Source: a phage
Sequence record: PX915677.1
DNA length: 64,000 nucleotides
Direction: 5' to 3' (one strand)
The notes under the pieces are model-generated. The model did not search any database and was not told where the DNA came from. It was given only the letters and a program-made list of their open reading frames with translations. The position numbers were made by a program, and so were the translations under genes. Of this stretch, positions 1-8,906 are shown in pieces; position 1 is the stretch's first letter, and each line of letters opens with the position of its first letter.

Positions 1-198
1 CCATCAATGCCATCTTTACCATCAATGCCATCTTTACCATCAATGCCATCTTTACCATCAATGCCATCTTTACCATCAATGCCATCTTTACCATCAATGC
101 CATCTTTACCATCAATGCCATCTTTACCATCAATGCCATCTTTACCATCAATGCCATCTTTACCATCAATGCCATCTTTACCATCAATGCCATTAGCG
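1..198. repeat. Perfect 18-bp tandem repeat (ccatcaatgccatcttta), about 11 copies, running off the window start
   Basis: Direct reading of positions 1-198; unit repeats without mismatch; encodes (GIDGKD)n on the minus strand. Confidence 0.95.
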
Positions 199-383
199 CC
201 AGTGTCGCCTTTCTCTCCCTGATCACCTTTTTCACCTTTAAACCAATCTCCGATACCGCAACCATTGGTAGATTGACCTACACCACAACCTCCATTGCCA
301 TTGCCATTGTTTCCACTTTTAGCAATAACAGGCGATGCCATTACGGACAGAGCTAGGATTGAGGATAATACAATTGCTTTCAT
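1..383 (-). CDS. Secreted collagen-like (Gly-X-Y) repeat protein, partial (C-terminal part lies beyond window start)
   Basis: Minus-strand ATG at 383..381 with AGGAA upstream; translation MKAIVLSSILALSVMASPVIAKSGNNGNGNGGCGVGQSTNGCGIGDWFKGEKGDQGEKGDTGANGIDGKDGIDG...; Sec-type signal peptide then uninterrupted Gly-X-Y triplets; absent from ORF track because no stop inside window. Confidence 0.6.
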   Translation of the reverse strand, partial: MKAIVLSSILALSVMASPVIAKSGNNGNGNGGCGVGQSTNGCGIGDWFKGEKGDQGEKGDTGANGIDGKDGIDGKDGIDGKDGIDGKDGIDGKDGIDGKDGIDGKDGIDGKDGIDGKDGIDGKDGID

Positions 384-410
384 TTCATAGATTCCTATAC
401 AGTAGACATA

Positions 411-435
411 AAAAAGCCCCAGCCGTAGCCGGGGC
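411..435 (-). terminator. Candidate intrinsic terminator (5-bp GC stem, then T-run on minus strand)
   Basis: GCCCC(10 nt)GGGGC at 416-435 preceded on plus strand by AAAAA 411-415. Confidence 0.3.
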
Positions 436-600
436 AAACCTGAAAGCAACACATGACCGTTGCTATAAATACACTCGCAAATGCACTTACAGCAACGCAA
501 AAAGCCGCTCAAAGGCGGCTATGCGGAAGCTTCAAATGGGGAGAGGGCACGACGCTACAGAAAGAGCGTCACAGTACTAAAAGAGGGGGCTATATTCCTA

Positions 601-1044
601 CTACTTAACCCTTGCCTCTTTGATGGGGTCAATGTATTTCTCAACGCCCCACTTGTGTTTACTATCTGCGTAGAAAACATCAGGTGCACACTGGCTTGTC
701 TTAGGGAAAGCCTGCGGGTCTTTCGTGCTACCTTTAAACTTCTGTTTACCACGGGTGCGACCATTACAGAAGATTTCTAACTTCTTCTCCTCTTCTGTTT
801 TAGCTCCCCCGCTCTGTAACAAAGAACGTTTATGATCAGCTAACAACAACGCATCAGCCCGATGGACACGATGGCCTACACGCTTTGCAACACTGGAAGG
901 AACATGGGATTCAGCCTCAGCTTTTGCAGCACGACGTTTTAAACTACGCTTACTAATGTGATTAGTTGCCTTCGGTTTCTCTTTCTCCAGTTCAGAGATA
1001 GAAAAACAACGCCCGCCCTTCATGCTGATTTTAGATTTAGCCAC
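601..1044 (-). CDS. Hypothetical basic protein (147 aa)
   Basis: ORF track; GTG start at 1044 with AAGGAA 7 nt upstream; Lys/Arg-rich. Confidence 0.5.
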   Translation of the reverse strand: MAKSKISMKGGRCFSISELEKEKPKATNHISKRSLKRRAAKAEAESHVPSSVAKRVGHRVHRADALLLADHKRSLLQSGGAKTEEEKKLEIFCNGRTRGKQKFKGSTKDPQAFPKTSQCAPDVFYADSKHKWGVEKYIDPIKEARVK

Positions 1045-1113
1045 AATCTTATTCCTTTTAGTGATAAGTTATATCGGGCAAGCCCATCAAGGCGATAGGC
1101 TTGAACAAATAAC

Positions 1114-1323
1114 TTAATCAAGTAAACTAAACGATTTCCAACTACGTAGAAGGATTGTACCGTCATCCATAGTTACACATAATTTTAGTAGTTTCTTATT
1201 GGCACTACTCACCGTTGTAATTCGTCCGGTTGTACATTTACCTTTATTGCTATAAAGATACACTACACGACGGCCTAACAGACGAGAGGGAGCTTTCTTA
1301 AACTCTGAAATATTAGTGATCAT
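1114..1323 (-). CDS. Hypothetical protein (69 aa)
   Basis: ORF track; start overlaps stop of upstream gene (ATGA coupling at 1320-1323). Confidence 0.5.
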   Translation of the reverse strand: MITNISEFKKAPSRLLGRRVVYLYSNKGKCTTGRITTVSSANKKLLKLCVTMDDGTILLRSWKSFSLLD

Positions 1324-1544
1324 GATGCTTGATACCTTTGAATGTGTTCAATACGGGTGGATTGAGCAAATGACGCTTTAACAGCCATTTTCCTAACTTC
1401 TTCTTTACGCTGGTTAGTGTGTACAGTATCCCAATGTTTGTTATCACGTTGGCGCTGTAATATCTTACTACATTTGCGATGGTTTCCCGTGCTGCGATGT
1501 TTCTCACAAATAGGACACTTGCCAAAATTACTACTGAATATCAT
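1320..1544 (-). CDS. Hypothetical Cys-containing small protein (74 aa)
   Basis: ORF track; CPIC motif; ATGA coupling on both sides favours this frame over overlapping 1313..1525. Confidence 0.5.
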   Translation of the reverse strand: MIFSSNFGKCPICEKHRSTGNHRKCSKILQRQRDNKHWDTVHTNQRKEEVRKMAVKASFAQSTRIEHIQRYQAS

Positions 1545-1768
1545 TTTCTCAATCCCAGCTTTCTTAAGATACGGCCTAACGTTGTTTCTTGCGTGATAAT
1601 ATAACTGATCGCTTCACGTTCCAGCGTTTCAATCTTCATTGGCGACGGATACCATTCACCGGTAATAACACATTTACATTCAACGCCATATTTTTTAGAT
1701 AGGCGGTAATGTTGACCGTTGACAAGATTCCGATAAATCGTGGTATGCGTAATTAACATGATCATCAC
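1541..1768 (-). CDS. Hypothetical protein (75 aa)
   Basis: ORF track; translationally coupled to 1320..1544. Confidence 0.5.
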   Translation of the reverse strand: MMIMLITHTTIYRNLVNGQHYRLSKKYGVECKCVITGEWYPSPMKIETLEREAISYIITQETTLGRILRKLGLRK

Positions 1769-1870
1769 CTTTGATTAGATTCTTTGATTAATGCACTGAA
1801 TCAATGCACTGATAAAAGAAAAGGCGCTACCCGTTAAGATAGCGCCTTATGTTTATTCAAATTGTCTTAC

Positions 1871-2779
1871 TTATGCCGCCTGACGTGCCGCCATAATTTC
1901 AGCCGCTTTACGCAATACTTCTTCCTCTTCTGCTTTCGCCGCTTGTTCACTACGGGTAGCAACCGTTGAAGAGATACGACCGCGCAGACTTTCTAACTTC
2001 TCCTGCATAGCTGCAACAGTCTTTTCCATTTCATCAGCGTATGAATCGAGTGATTCTAATTCCTTGCTTGATGCGTTCATCAGATAATCATCCGAGATCG
2101 CTACCGTTGAGGCCGTGACTTTCTTGATGAGTGAGTCGAAAGATTTTTTAACCTTGCCAACTTCTTCACTTAAGGCGATAGTATTATCGCTGGTAGCGCC
2201 ATTGCGCTCATCAGCCAGTAATTTGGCTTCAATACGGATTGCATTCAAGCGTTCAACTAAAGCGTAAATATCCTGATTAAAATCTTCCTTGTTTTTCGCC
2301 GGAATTTGCAGATGTGCCGCCACGTTGTCATTACAACCCTTGTAAAAGTTAGGGTTATCAACTTCAATTTCACGGCCTAAAGCAAAGTTTTCGAAAGCGT
2401 TTGACCAGCGAGCGCGGTTTTGTTCCATTTTGGCCTTAATTTGTGCTTCTTTCGCGTCTTCTTTAGCTTTCGCCTCACCTTCCAGATTAATCCACTTTTT
2501 ACGACCATTTGCCGCATCGGTGTTAAACTTGATAGGAGTTAAGAAAGTAATTGCAGTGGCAATCACATCCATATCACGAAAACGTTCAGTTAACAAGAAG
2601 TCAACCGCCGTCTGCAATACGTCCAGCTTTTTACCGTTACTGCGGAAGTGCTGCAAGTGCCCTAACAGGAAGTTAGAAACATCTTGTTTGATCGCCGCGT
2701 TATTGCTACGAATGTTGTTAGCCAGTGCGTTAAAACCAGATTCTTTTACCAGATTAAAGATTTTAGCCATGATATTCAC
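1871..2779 (-). CDS. Hypothetical protein, coiled-coil rich (about 300 aa)
   Basis: ORF track; long ORF with AAGGTG upstream of the MAKIFNL start; Ala/Glu/Lys-rich C-terminal region. Confidence 0.6.
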   Translation of the reverse strand: MNIMAKIFNLVKESGFNALANNIRSNNAAIKQDVSNFLLGHLQHFRSNGKKLDVLQTAVDFLLTERFRDMDVIATAITFLTPIKFNTDAANGRKKWINLEGEAKAKEDAKEAQIKAKMEQNRARWSNAFENFALGREIEVDNPNFYKGCNDNVAAHLQIPAKNKEDFNQDIYALVERLNAIRIEAKLLADERNGATSDNTIALSEEVGKVKKSFDSLIKKVTASTVAISDDYLMNASSKELESLDSYADEMEKTVAAMQEKLESLRGRISSTVATRSEQAAKAEEEEVLRKAAEIMAARQAA

Positions 2780-2789
2780 CTTTCAATTG

Positions 2790-4272
2790 TAAGGGCGCTA
2801 TTGCCCCGCTCTCTATGAGCTTGTTTAAGTCACTATTAACTTAACTATAACCGCTAACTATTCAGTAGTTATAGGTAAGTGGGGCGGTCTTATCAGGAGT
2901 TAACCTTGCCGCCCCCTTATCCGTGATGTTTCATCTGGTATCTTTAATTAGTCGCTATAAACGAAGCCGACCTGATAGCGATGATCAATCATCACAATAA
3001 GGCTATGCGTCCGACTCTATTTAATTACATTACTGTAACCGTCGGCAATATCGTCTACTTTGTTTTCGCTCCCGCTTATCCTTTTGTATCAGCTCTCTAT
3101 CGCTAGTCATCGCCCACTACGGGATACTATTGCGAAAGAGTCACTAACCGCCTAGTATTCCGGCGTTTTATATCTTTCAGCAGGTTTACTACATAACCCG
3201 ACTATGTACTTTCATCTTGTGATGAATCTCAAGCCGTTCACATCGTAAACGTTCGCATTAAACCTTATTGTTAAATAGCAATTTGCCACTTTTTAACCAC
3301 TCCCCGCCGCCCTCAATTGGGCGTTAATTCTTCGGGATTGCCTACCCTGATTAACTTCTTTCACTGTAGCACCTTGTTAGCGATGGCCGCCGCTACCCTT
3401 AACCGTGGGCGATTAGTTTAAGCCGTTGCGTGTACTCAATGAATCCGTTTATCAATGGTGACGTTTCCAGTAAGGGAATGTAAAACTGTTTACCCTGATA
3501 ATTTAGGGAGTTTTACGCCGTTTTATCTGGTATGCTTTCCGATGGTTATTATCATCAAGCATATTCAACCGATATAGGAGAATGTTTAAATTATTAAAGA
3601 GCGGTAAATCTATCAGTGTGCTTTCTCACACTATGCAACTGTTAGCCGTTGTTACGCTTTTCACTGAAGCGATGATTTGCTTAGTGAGTGCTCATTATGA
3701 ATCATGTTGTTTTCGCTGTCAACCGCTTTTTAGTCTTTTTTCGTCGTTCCCGCTATTGGGAGGATATATCAATCAGCTTTATTTGATTGAAGATTAAGCG
3801 GTGAGGCTTAACTTATGACTCATATTGTTAAAGAGCGTTTAGCCTTTTAAAGTGTCTGCTAATCACTGTCACATTGAAGGCTTACTGATTCATTAACAGG
3901 CCGCCTACACCTGAACTAATCGCTGCACTATGTGCCACCTTTCCCGCGATACGTTGATTTGGGAACTAGTTAGCGATGTTTTGCTAACTTGTGGTTAGTA
4001 TGGACTACTTTAACCACGTTTGCAACTCTTTTTATCATCTTCTTTTAATTCCTTTCCCTTATCTCGCGTGAATCTATGCGAAAGGGCAAGATGATAAGTT
4101 TTTAAAGAGCGGGATTTTTTAAGTCATCGCTGACTATGCTCACTATATATCAGGCTTTTTCCGGTGTCAATACTCTTTTTTGAGAATATTTTCACTTTCT
4201 AGCCTGATTTTTAAAGAGCGGGGGCAAGTTTCCTTGCCTTGTATGTTTTACATCGTACCCGATGAATTGAAG
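2790..4272. other. Large ORF-free region (about 1.5 kb) with four direct copies of TTAAAGAGCG(G)
   Basis: No ORF of 60 aa or more with a credible RBS on either strand; motif copies near 3591, 3823, 4097, 4210; lies downstream (minus orientation) of a TAATGTATA motif at 4273-4281. Confidence 0.6.
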
Positions 4273-4281
4273 TATACATTA
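4273..4281 (-). promoter_or_regulatory. TAATGTATA promoter-like motif, minus orientation
   Basis: Plus strand tatacatta at 4273-4281; same 9-mer found upstream of four other genes in this window. Confidence 0.35.
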
Positions 4282-4456
4282 ACCAATGATGGTTGCAATA
4301 GGGTAAAGCAAATTATTTTAAACTTTTTTATAGTGGGATAGATAAAAGAACGGGCGCGCGTGATACATCATAGGAAACGGCTTGTAAAGCAACAATAAGC
4401 GTCCTAAAACGCATCACAACGAGCTAAAAGGGAGTAAGGCATACAATCACCTCATA

Positions 4457-4482
4457 AAAGAGAAAAGCCTCACTAGGAGGCT
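4457..4482 (-). terminator. Candidate intrinsic terminator after the 6265-4559 operon
   Basis: AGCCTC(actag)GAGGCT hairpin 4466-4482 flanked on plus strand by an A-rich run 4457-4465 (T-rich on minus strand). Confidence 0.4.
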
Positions 4483-4558
4483 TACAGGAAGGATTAGAGA
4501 ATCAGATAAATTATGACCATAGGCATGACTACGGCACAATACAGGAGAAAGATTAAGC

Positions 4559-4933
4559 CTATGGATTTACACATTGACCGTTACCGGATGCCATTTCATT
4601 CATGGACTCATCAAAGAGCGTCAACGATGAGCGCATCAAGTGATCGACCGTAATTTGCTTACCAGTGGTTTCATTTACCAGTTGAATAGTTTTATCATAT
4701 GATTGTACATGTTCAAAATCATTTACATGTAAAATAATAACCTTAGGTGACTTTTTACCAGTTTCATAGTTTTCTACAATATAGGTGCACTGTAAACCGT
4801 CAACCGTAGCAGGGGAGAACGTTGCAGCCTTAACGCTACCCATAGATGACAGCAGGACACCTAACAGGAGAACAACCAGAAAGAAGCCTACAAATACTTT
4901 CACTACGAATTTAATAATACCCATGATAATCAA
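4559..4933 (-). CDS. Membrane-anchored small protein (N-terminal hydrophobic segment)
   Basis: ORF track; N-terminus IIKFVVKVFVGFFLVVLLLGVLLSSMGSVKA is signal/anchor-like. Confidence 0.55.
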   Translation of the reverse strand: MIIMGIIKFVVKVFVGFFLVVLLLGVLLSSMGSVKAATFSPATVDGLQCTYIVENYETGKKSPKVIILHVNDFEHVQSYDKTIQLVNETTGKQITVDHLMRSSLTLFDESMNEMASGNGQCVNP

Positions 4934-5023
4934 CCTTTAGTTAGAGAATGTAAGAATACAGCATATCAGCGACGAATAACGCCACCGTAGCAACGAACAA
5001 GCAACGCCAAAAATAATCATGAA

Positions 5024-5299
5024 TCATTGGTTGCTATCCTCGCCAAAAAATGATACGCTGATTTGTTCCACTTCTTCCAGCGACAGAAGAATCCCGCGTT
5101 GGGCTAAATACTTCCCAATAGTTAGATAATCTTGCACTAAGCAGACAATAGGAAAGCGTATATTTTGTATCTCACCTTTGGAAAGAAAAGACAAATAACC
5201 AACGTCGGTTGATTCATCAAAGGATAGTGTAACGCCACCGTAATTATGCGTGTCAATCAGCGCAATAGTTTCATTCCCCATAACGTTTCCAATCCTCAT
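5024..5299 (-). CDS. Hypothetical protein
   Basis: ORF track; in operon with neighbours, short overlaps. Confidence 0.45.
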   Translation of the reverse strand: MRIGNVMGNETIALIDTHNYGGVTLSFDESTDVGYLSFLSKGEIQNIRFPIVCLVQDYLTIGKYLAQRGILLSLEEVEQISVSFFGEDSNQ

Positions 5300-5501
5300 A
5301 ATGATTAACTAGTGCCTGATAATCGTCAGATGATAACTCACCGCCTAAATAGGCAACGGTTATGCGTGCTTTGTATTCTGACAAATTGCATAGCGCGGGA
5401 GCGGATAACCTGCTTTCGCCATAACATCCTAGCACTTCAACGATACAACCGTTTAAAGATACTGATTTATTAATCACGATACGGTTAGCCATTAATATCA
5501 T
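5271..5501 (-). CDS. Hypothetical protein
   Basis: ORF track; operon context. Confidence 0.45.
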   Translation of the reverse strand: MILMANRIVINKSVSLNGCIVEVLGCYGESRLSAPALCNLSEYKARITVAYLGGELSSDDYQALVNHYEDWKRYGE

Positions 5502-5748
5502 CCTTAATTAGCCCATGATTGAGCAGGTTAGCCAGCGACAAATCACCGTCAATATAGATTGATTTGAAATCTTCACGGGTAATTTCGAAATCAGCAAAGG
5601 CTAGCCAATCTTTAAGAGGCTGATATTCCATCCTGCAAAAAGTGATAACAGGCAAGATTATCTGACCATCAAGTGTATTAAACAGGATAGATTGCCCACC
5701 AACAAAACAAGAAAAGCCGTTTGATAACTTAACTTCTTTGATAGCCAT
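5485..5748 (-). CDS. Hypothetical protein
   Basis: ORF track; operon context. Confidence 0.45.
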   Translation of the reverse strand: MAIKEVKLSNGFSCFVGGQSILFNTLDGQIILPVITFCRMEYQPLKDWLAFADFEITREDFKSIYIDGDLSLANLLNHGLIKDDING

Positions 5749-5773
5749 TTTTACACTCCTGAAAATAGGTTAT

Positions 5774-6265
5774 TTACTTACTAGCCTTAATACAGTTGGC
5801 TAAATTAACGTGAACGGTATAAACAGCGTTATTAGCGTTATTATAAACAGTTGTAGCAATCATCGACTCATTGATCGGGCCATAACTCACTAGATTGGTT
5901 ACAGCTTTAACGTCTCCGTAACGTTGTACAGTGCCAAATGTCACCATATCCGCATCGTTATCGGTACGCTTAAGCACCAAATCATTGTTAGGCTGATTAT
6001 CTAACGTTTTAGATTGAAAGAGAACGCCATCATTAGTAACGTTGCTAAATTTCATCTTTAGCACGATATTATTGCTGTCACTATCCGCACCGTTGCAAAT
6101 CATCCAACCCTTATTGATGGAATTAGAGAAGACACTAGCCGCATCAGTTGCAGGAGCAGGACTAGCGATAGCCTTATCAGAAAGAGATGTGACCAGTGCA
6201 CTAACACCGATCGCGGCAATCAGTGCATAACTTGCCAGATTAACTACCTGCATTGCTTTAGCCAT
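5774..6265 (-). CDS. Secreted protein with Sec-type signal peptide (163 aa)
   Basis: ORF track; AAGGAA RBS; N-terminus MAKAMQVVNLASYALIAAIGVSALVTSLSDKAIA then polar mature region. Confidence 0.6.
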   Translation of the reverse strand: MAKAMQVVNLASYALIAAIGVSALVTSLSDKAIASPAPATDAASVFSNSINKGWMICNGADSDSNNIVLKMKFSNVTNDGVLFQSKTLDNQPNNDLVLKRTDNDADMVTFGTVQRYGDVKAVTNLVSYGPINESMIATTVYNNANNAVYTVHVNLANCIKASK

Positions 6266-6303
6266 TTCGTTATTCCTTAGATAGATTCAATCAACTGTCA
6301 TCA

Positions 6304-6331
6304 ACTATATAATAAAGGAAAAGACTGTCAA
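6304..6331 (-). promoter_or_regulatory. Sigma70-like promoter for the 6265-4559 operon (-35 TTGACA, 16-bp spacer, -10 TATAGT)
   Basis: Minus-strand TTGACA = plus 6326-6331; TATAGT = plus 6304-6309; about 35 nt upstream of start codon at 6265. Confidence 0.4.
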
Positions 6332-6439
6332 CCATCTATTTTCTAACTTTCTTGCATCCTACTGAAAACTAAAGGAATTTAATTTGCTAAACTTTCCATA
6401 CTCAGAGAATCAGCTTACTTCTTATTGTTACTTTATAAC

Positions 6440-6900
6440 ACTACGGGTAACAGACCAACAGACCAGGACAAACGGGGATACAACAACCGCAGGACAGACC
6501 ACGGGGAAACATAGCAAGATAGTGCGGTAATAATATACCACTTAAATAATTGTATAACTCAAACATCAAAGACGTTCGTACTTCGTACTCACAAAGGCAC
6601 GCTGAAAAAGGAAAGTAATAAAAGAATAATAACATACAACCATTATCCACTTAATTAATACATATATCATTATTGCACTCATAATCATTACTATTGAAAC
6701 TATTTACACTCAAACTATGGGGAGCTGTGACCATCATTAATGGCATTATTAGTATGCTAATTAGTTGGCCTGTACAGTGCTAGCCTTTCTCTCACTCTTT
6801 AAAGGGGAACTAAATAAACGGGTAGGTAATGTATTGGGTAGTATACACGGGGAAAGAATAACGGGGAGTAGGCACGGGGAAAGGTGGAACGTTGAAAGGG
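6440..6900. repeat. Short direct repeats in control region: ACGGGGA (5 copies) and CAGACCA (3 copies)
   Basis: Read directly near 6448-6510 and 6845-6885. Confidence 0.4.
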
Positions 6901-7033
6901 AAGGTAAAGGCATTGCCAATAACCCTTTTTTAAATGAGGACTCCCCCTTTTTGAGAAACACGCGGCGAGCGGCTAGCCCCACTCGGTCAAATCAGAATTT
7001 TAAACTCTTATATATAAGGTTGAAAGAGAACTT

Positions 7034-7198
7034 ATGTGGAAAATTAAGTTAATCATTAAGCAATTCAAATGTGATCATGAGTACTATCGGATACGCAAAG
7101 CTTACGGGGATGAAAGAGTTCACACCCTTTATAAGTCCACTTGGAGATGTAGTAAATGTGGTAAGCTTAAACACAGCACATGGATGGACAGGCCTTAA
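7034..7198 (+). CDS. Small zinc-ribbon-like protein (54 aa), below ORF-track size cutoff
   Basis: ATG 7034, stop TAA 7196-7198; MWKIKLIIKQFKCDHEYYRIRKAYGDERVHTLYKSTWRCSKCGKLKHSTWMDRP; C-x-H and C-x2-C pairs. Confidence 0.3.
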   Translation: MWKIKLIIKQFKCDHEYYRIRKAYGDERVHTLYKSTWRCSKCGKLKHSTWMDRP

Positions 7199-7385
7199 CG
7201 TGACATAGCCTTTATGGGGGTGCCTTAATGTGAAGTAGTCATCAAAGATGACGTCCCCTTTATGTCTTAACTTTATCAGAGGGATGTATGACAGAAGATG
7301 AATACGGTAGCTTCTCTGAAGAAGACTACGAAAATGAATACAGGTATTCTCACGGGTGTTAATGTGAGGTGGCCTTTACGGGTAG
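7193..7385 (+). promoter_or_regulatory. Three copies of a ~30-bp element, CCTTAA(C/T)GTGA..T.G followed in copies a and c by GCCTTTA(T/C)GGG
   Basis: Copies at 7193-7220, 7223-7238, 7357-7385; located just upstream of the first plus-strand genes. Confidence 0.35.
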
Positions 7386-7430
7386 GTCTTATGATGTGCC
7401 CTCTATACTCTTATTCAGAGGAGAAGAATT

Positions 7431-7685
7431 ATGAATTTAGTATTAGACTTTTTATCAGAGATGGTGCCTCGGTTTAGAACGGAGACATACGCTTTCGTGG
7501 TCAACAGTGACTCTGAAGAAGGGATGGAAGCTACATGCTTAGGTCGACTTGTTGATTTAGATGATGAAACAGATTTCGATATTACAATTGATGTGAGTAG
7601 CTTAGGTTGGCTCTTCTTCAGAGCATTCCGCACTTACAAAGTAGAAACATACAAAGATTATAGCAAGGGAGAGACAGATGAATAA
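7431..7685 (+). CDS. Hypothetical acidic protein (84 aa)
   Basis: ORF track; AGGAGAAG RBS; Asp/Glu-rich. Confidence 0.55.
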   Translation: MNLVLDFLSEMVPRFRTETYAFVVNSDSEEGMEATCLGRLVDLDDETDFDITIDVSSLGWLFFRAFRTYKVETYKDYSKGETDE

Positions 7686-8310
7686 TTTAATCAAAGCGAT
7701 GGACCTTAACGAGTATAATTCACAGCTGTGTCGCTCTGGTTGTAGCTTACAGCATTTAGAGACTATGGGAAATGTTTCAGGATTGGCTGTACAAGATTTA
7801 TATAGTGGAAGTATTCTTAAACCAACTATTACGGAGAAGAAAGATATGATGAGTTTAGTAGAACAATACCGTGGACTTCAAGTCGGTACTATTGGTGATA
7901 AATATGAGAACTACTACAAAGATCGCTCAAAAGTACTTGAAGAAGTTGCACGGGCTAAGCCTTCTACTCTGGAGGTAGTTGAATATGAATCTACTAAACA
8001 TGATCACCTCCCTGACTACGCTCGTGCAATGATTGAGATGATTGAAGAAGCTGAATATGAAATGCTCCATGATTACATTACCTCCAAAGACGAATGGCAT
8101 CGTGATGTTCGAATCGAAGAAGATGGTACAGAAACTATTACGTGGATTCACAAGAGTGAGTTAGTAGACGACGCACTGCGAGACTACGAAAAATTTTTGG
8201 TCGACGGCTCTATTCTTTTAGAGGAAGAGAAGGGTGCAGAACTTCCGTGGGAAGGTGAGACGATTGCTCTAGGTAAGATGTTTAACCTGTCCGTTGGTGA
8301 TTGTAAGTAA
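7678..8310 (+). CDS. Hypothetical acidic protein (210 aa)
   Basis: ORF track; AAGGGAGAG RBS. Confidence 0.6.
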   Translation: MNNLIKAMDLNEYNSQLCRSGCSLQHLETMGNVSGLAVQDLYSGSILKPTITEKKDMMSLVEQYRGLQVGTIGDKYENYYKDRSKVLEEVARAKPSTLEVVEYESTKHDHLPDYARAMIEMIEEAEYEMLHDYITSKDEWHRDVRIEEDGTETITWIHKSELVDDALRDYEKFLVDGSILLEEEKGAELPWEGETIALGKMFNLSVGDCK

Positions 8311-8315
8311 TATTT

Positions 8316-8336
8316 GCCTCCGTTGGGAGGCTTTTT
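8316..8336 (+). terminator. Intrinsic terminator
   Basis: GCCTCC(gttg)GGAGGC then TTTTT. Confidence 0.6.
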
Positions 8337-8366
8337 GTGTTGTTGATAATGTAGAAGGAGTATAAA

Positions 8367-8837
8367 ATGTTTGGAGAAAACGGAGAACTCACGCCTGCAC
8401 AGGTAGCTGAGATTACAGGAAGATTACCCGGAGTAACGGAAGAACTTGAAGGCCGTGGTATGAACCCAAGCAATGGGAAGTTTCAAAAGGGAAATAAATT
8501 CGGACGACCCAGAGGTAGTAGAGGTAAACTGACACAATTAATGTTGGACCGTGTTGCTGCAAGTCATTTGTCTCCTGATGAAGTGTTAATTCAAATTTAC
8601 GAAGATCCTAATATTCCACCTGATCTTAGATTCAAGGCTGCATCAAAAGTTGCAGATCTGGTATATCCTAAGGCGGCCTCTGTTGAAGTTAAGATTGAGG
8701 AAGAGAATGTAATCAACGAAGAATCATTGAATGCACAAATCAAGGACTTCTTGACTGGAGCACTTGGTATCGACGTTATGCCTCCAGAAGATAACTCTGA
8801 GGACGCTGAAAAGGGGGAGGAAGCGGACGAGAGTTAA
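8367..8837 (+). CDS. Candidate terminase small subunit (156 aa)
   Basis: Position immediately upstream of terminase large subunit; basic central segment, acidic C-terminus; call by position only. Confidence 0.4.
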   Translation: MFGENGELTPAQVAEITGRLPGVTEELEGRGMNPSNGKFQKGNKFGRPRGSRGKLTQLMLDRVAASHLSPDEVLIQIYEDPNIPPDLRFKAASKVADLVYPKAASVEVKIEEENVINEESLNAQIKDFLTGALGIDVMPPEDNSEDAEKGEEADES

Positions 8838-8906
8838 GTAAAGGAAAGAAGGGGAGGTTCTTTGACGAAGGGACTTTCCCTTTTCTATTTTTAAACTGGA
8901 GGAAGT

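Noticed and set aside
1-198. Possible CRISPR array
   Set aside because: Repeats are directly abutting with no spacers and are in-frame coding sequence.
7-222. Plus-strand ORF encoding MPSLPS repeats
   Set aside because: Mirror reading of the 18-bp tandem repeat; no start context, whereas the minus strand gives a signal peptide plus Gly-X-Y protein with an RBS.
335-780. Overlapping track ORFs 335..580, 481..780 and 555..764
   Set aside because: Mutually overlapping in the intergenic/terminator region, no RBS, low-complexity translations.
3582-3797. 71-aa plus-strand ORF inside the ORF-free region
   Set aside because: Start codon directly abuts the only purine-rich stretch (no spacer), overlaps a TTAAAGAGCG repeat, odd Cys/Phe-rich composition; kept only as part of the non-coding region.
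2790-4558. tRNA or tmRNA gene in the large non-coding region
   Set aside because: I could not find a T-loop GTTCxAxxC box with matching acceptor stem by eye; needs tRNAscan-SE.
6441-7052. Track ORFs 6441..6650(-), 6761..6982(-), 6765..7052(+)
   Set aside because: Lie in the repeat-rich control region, overlap each other, no RBS.
8347-8355. TAATGTAGA as a promoter copy
   Set aside because: Ends only 12 nt before the start codon and overlaps the RBS; other copies sit 34-60 nt upstream.
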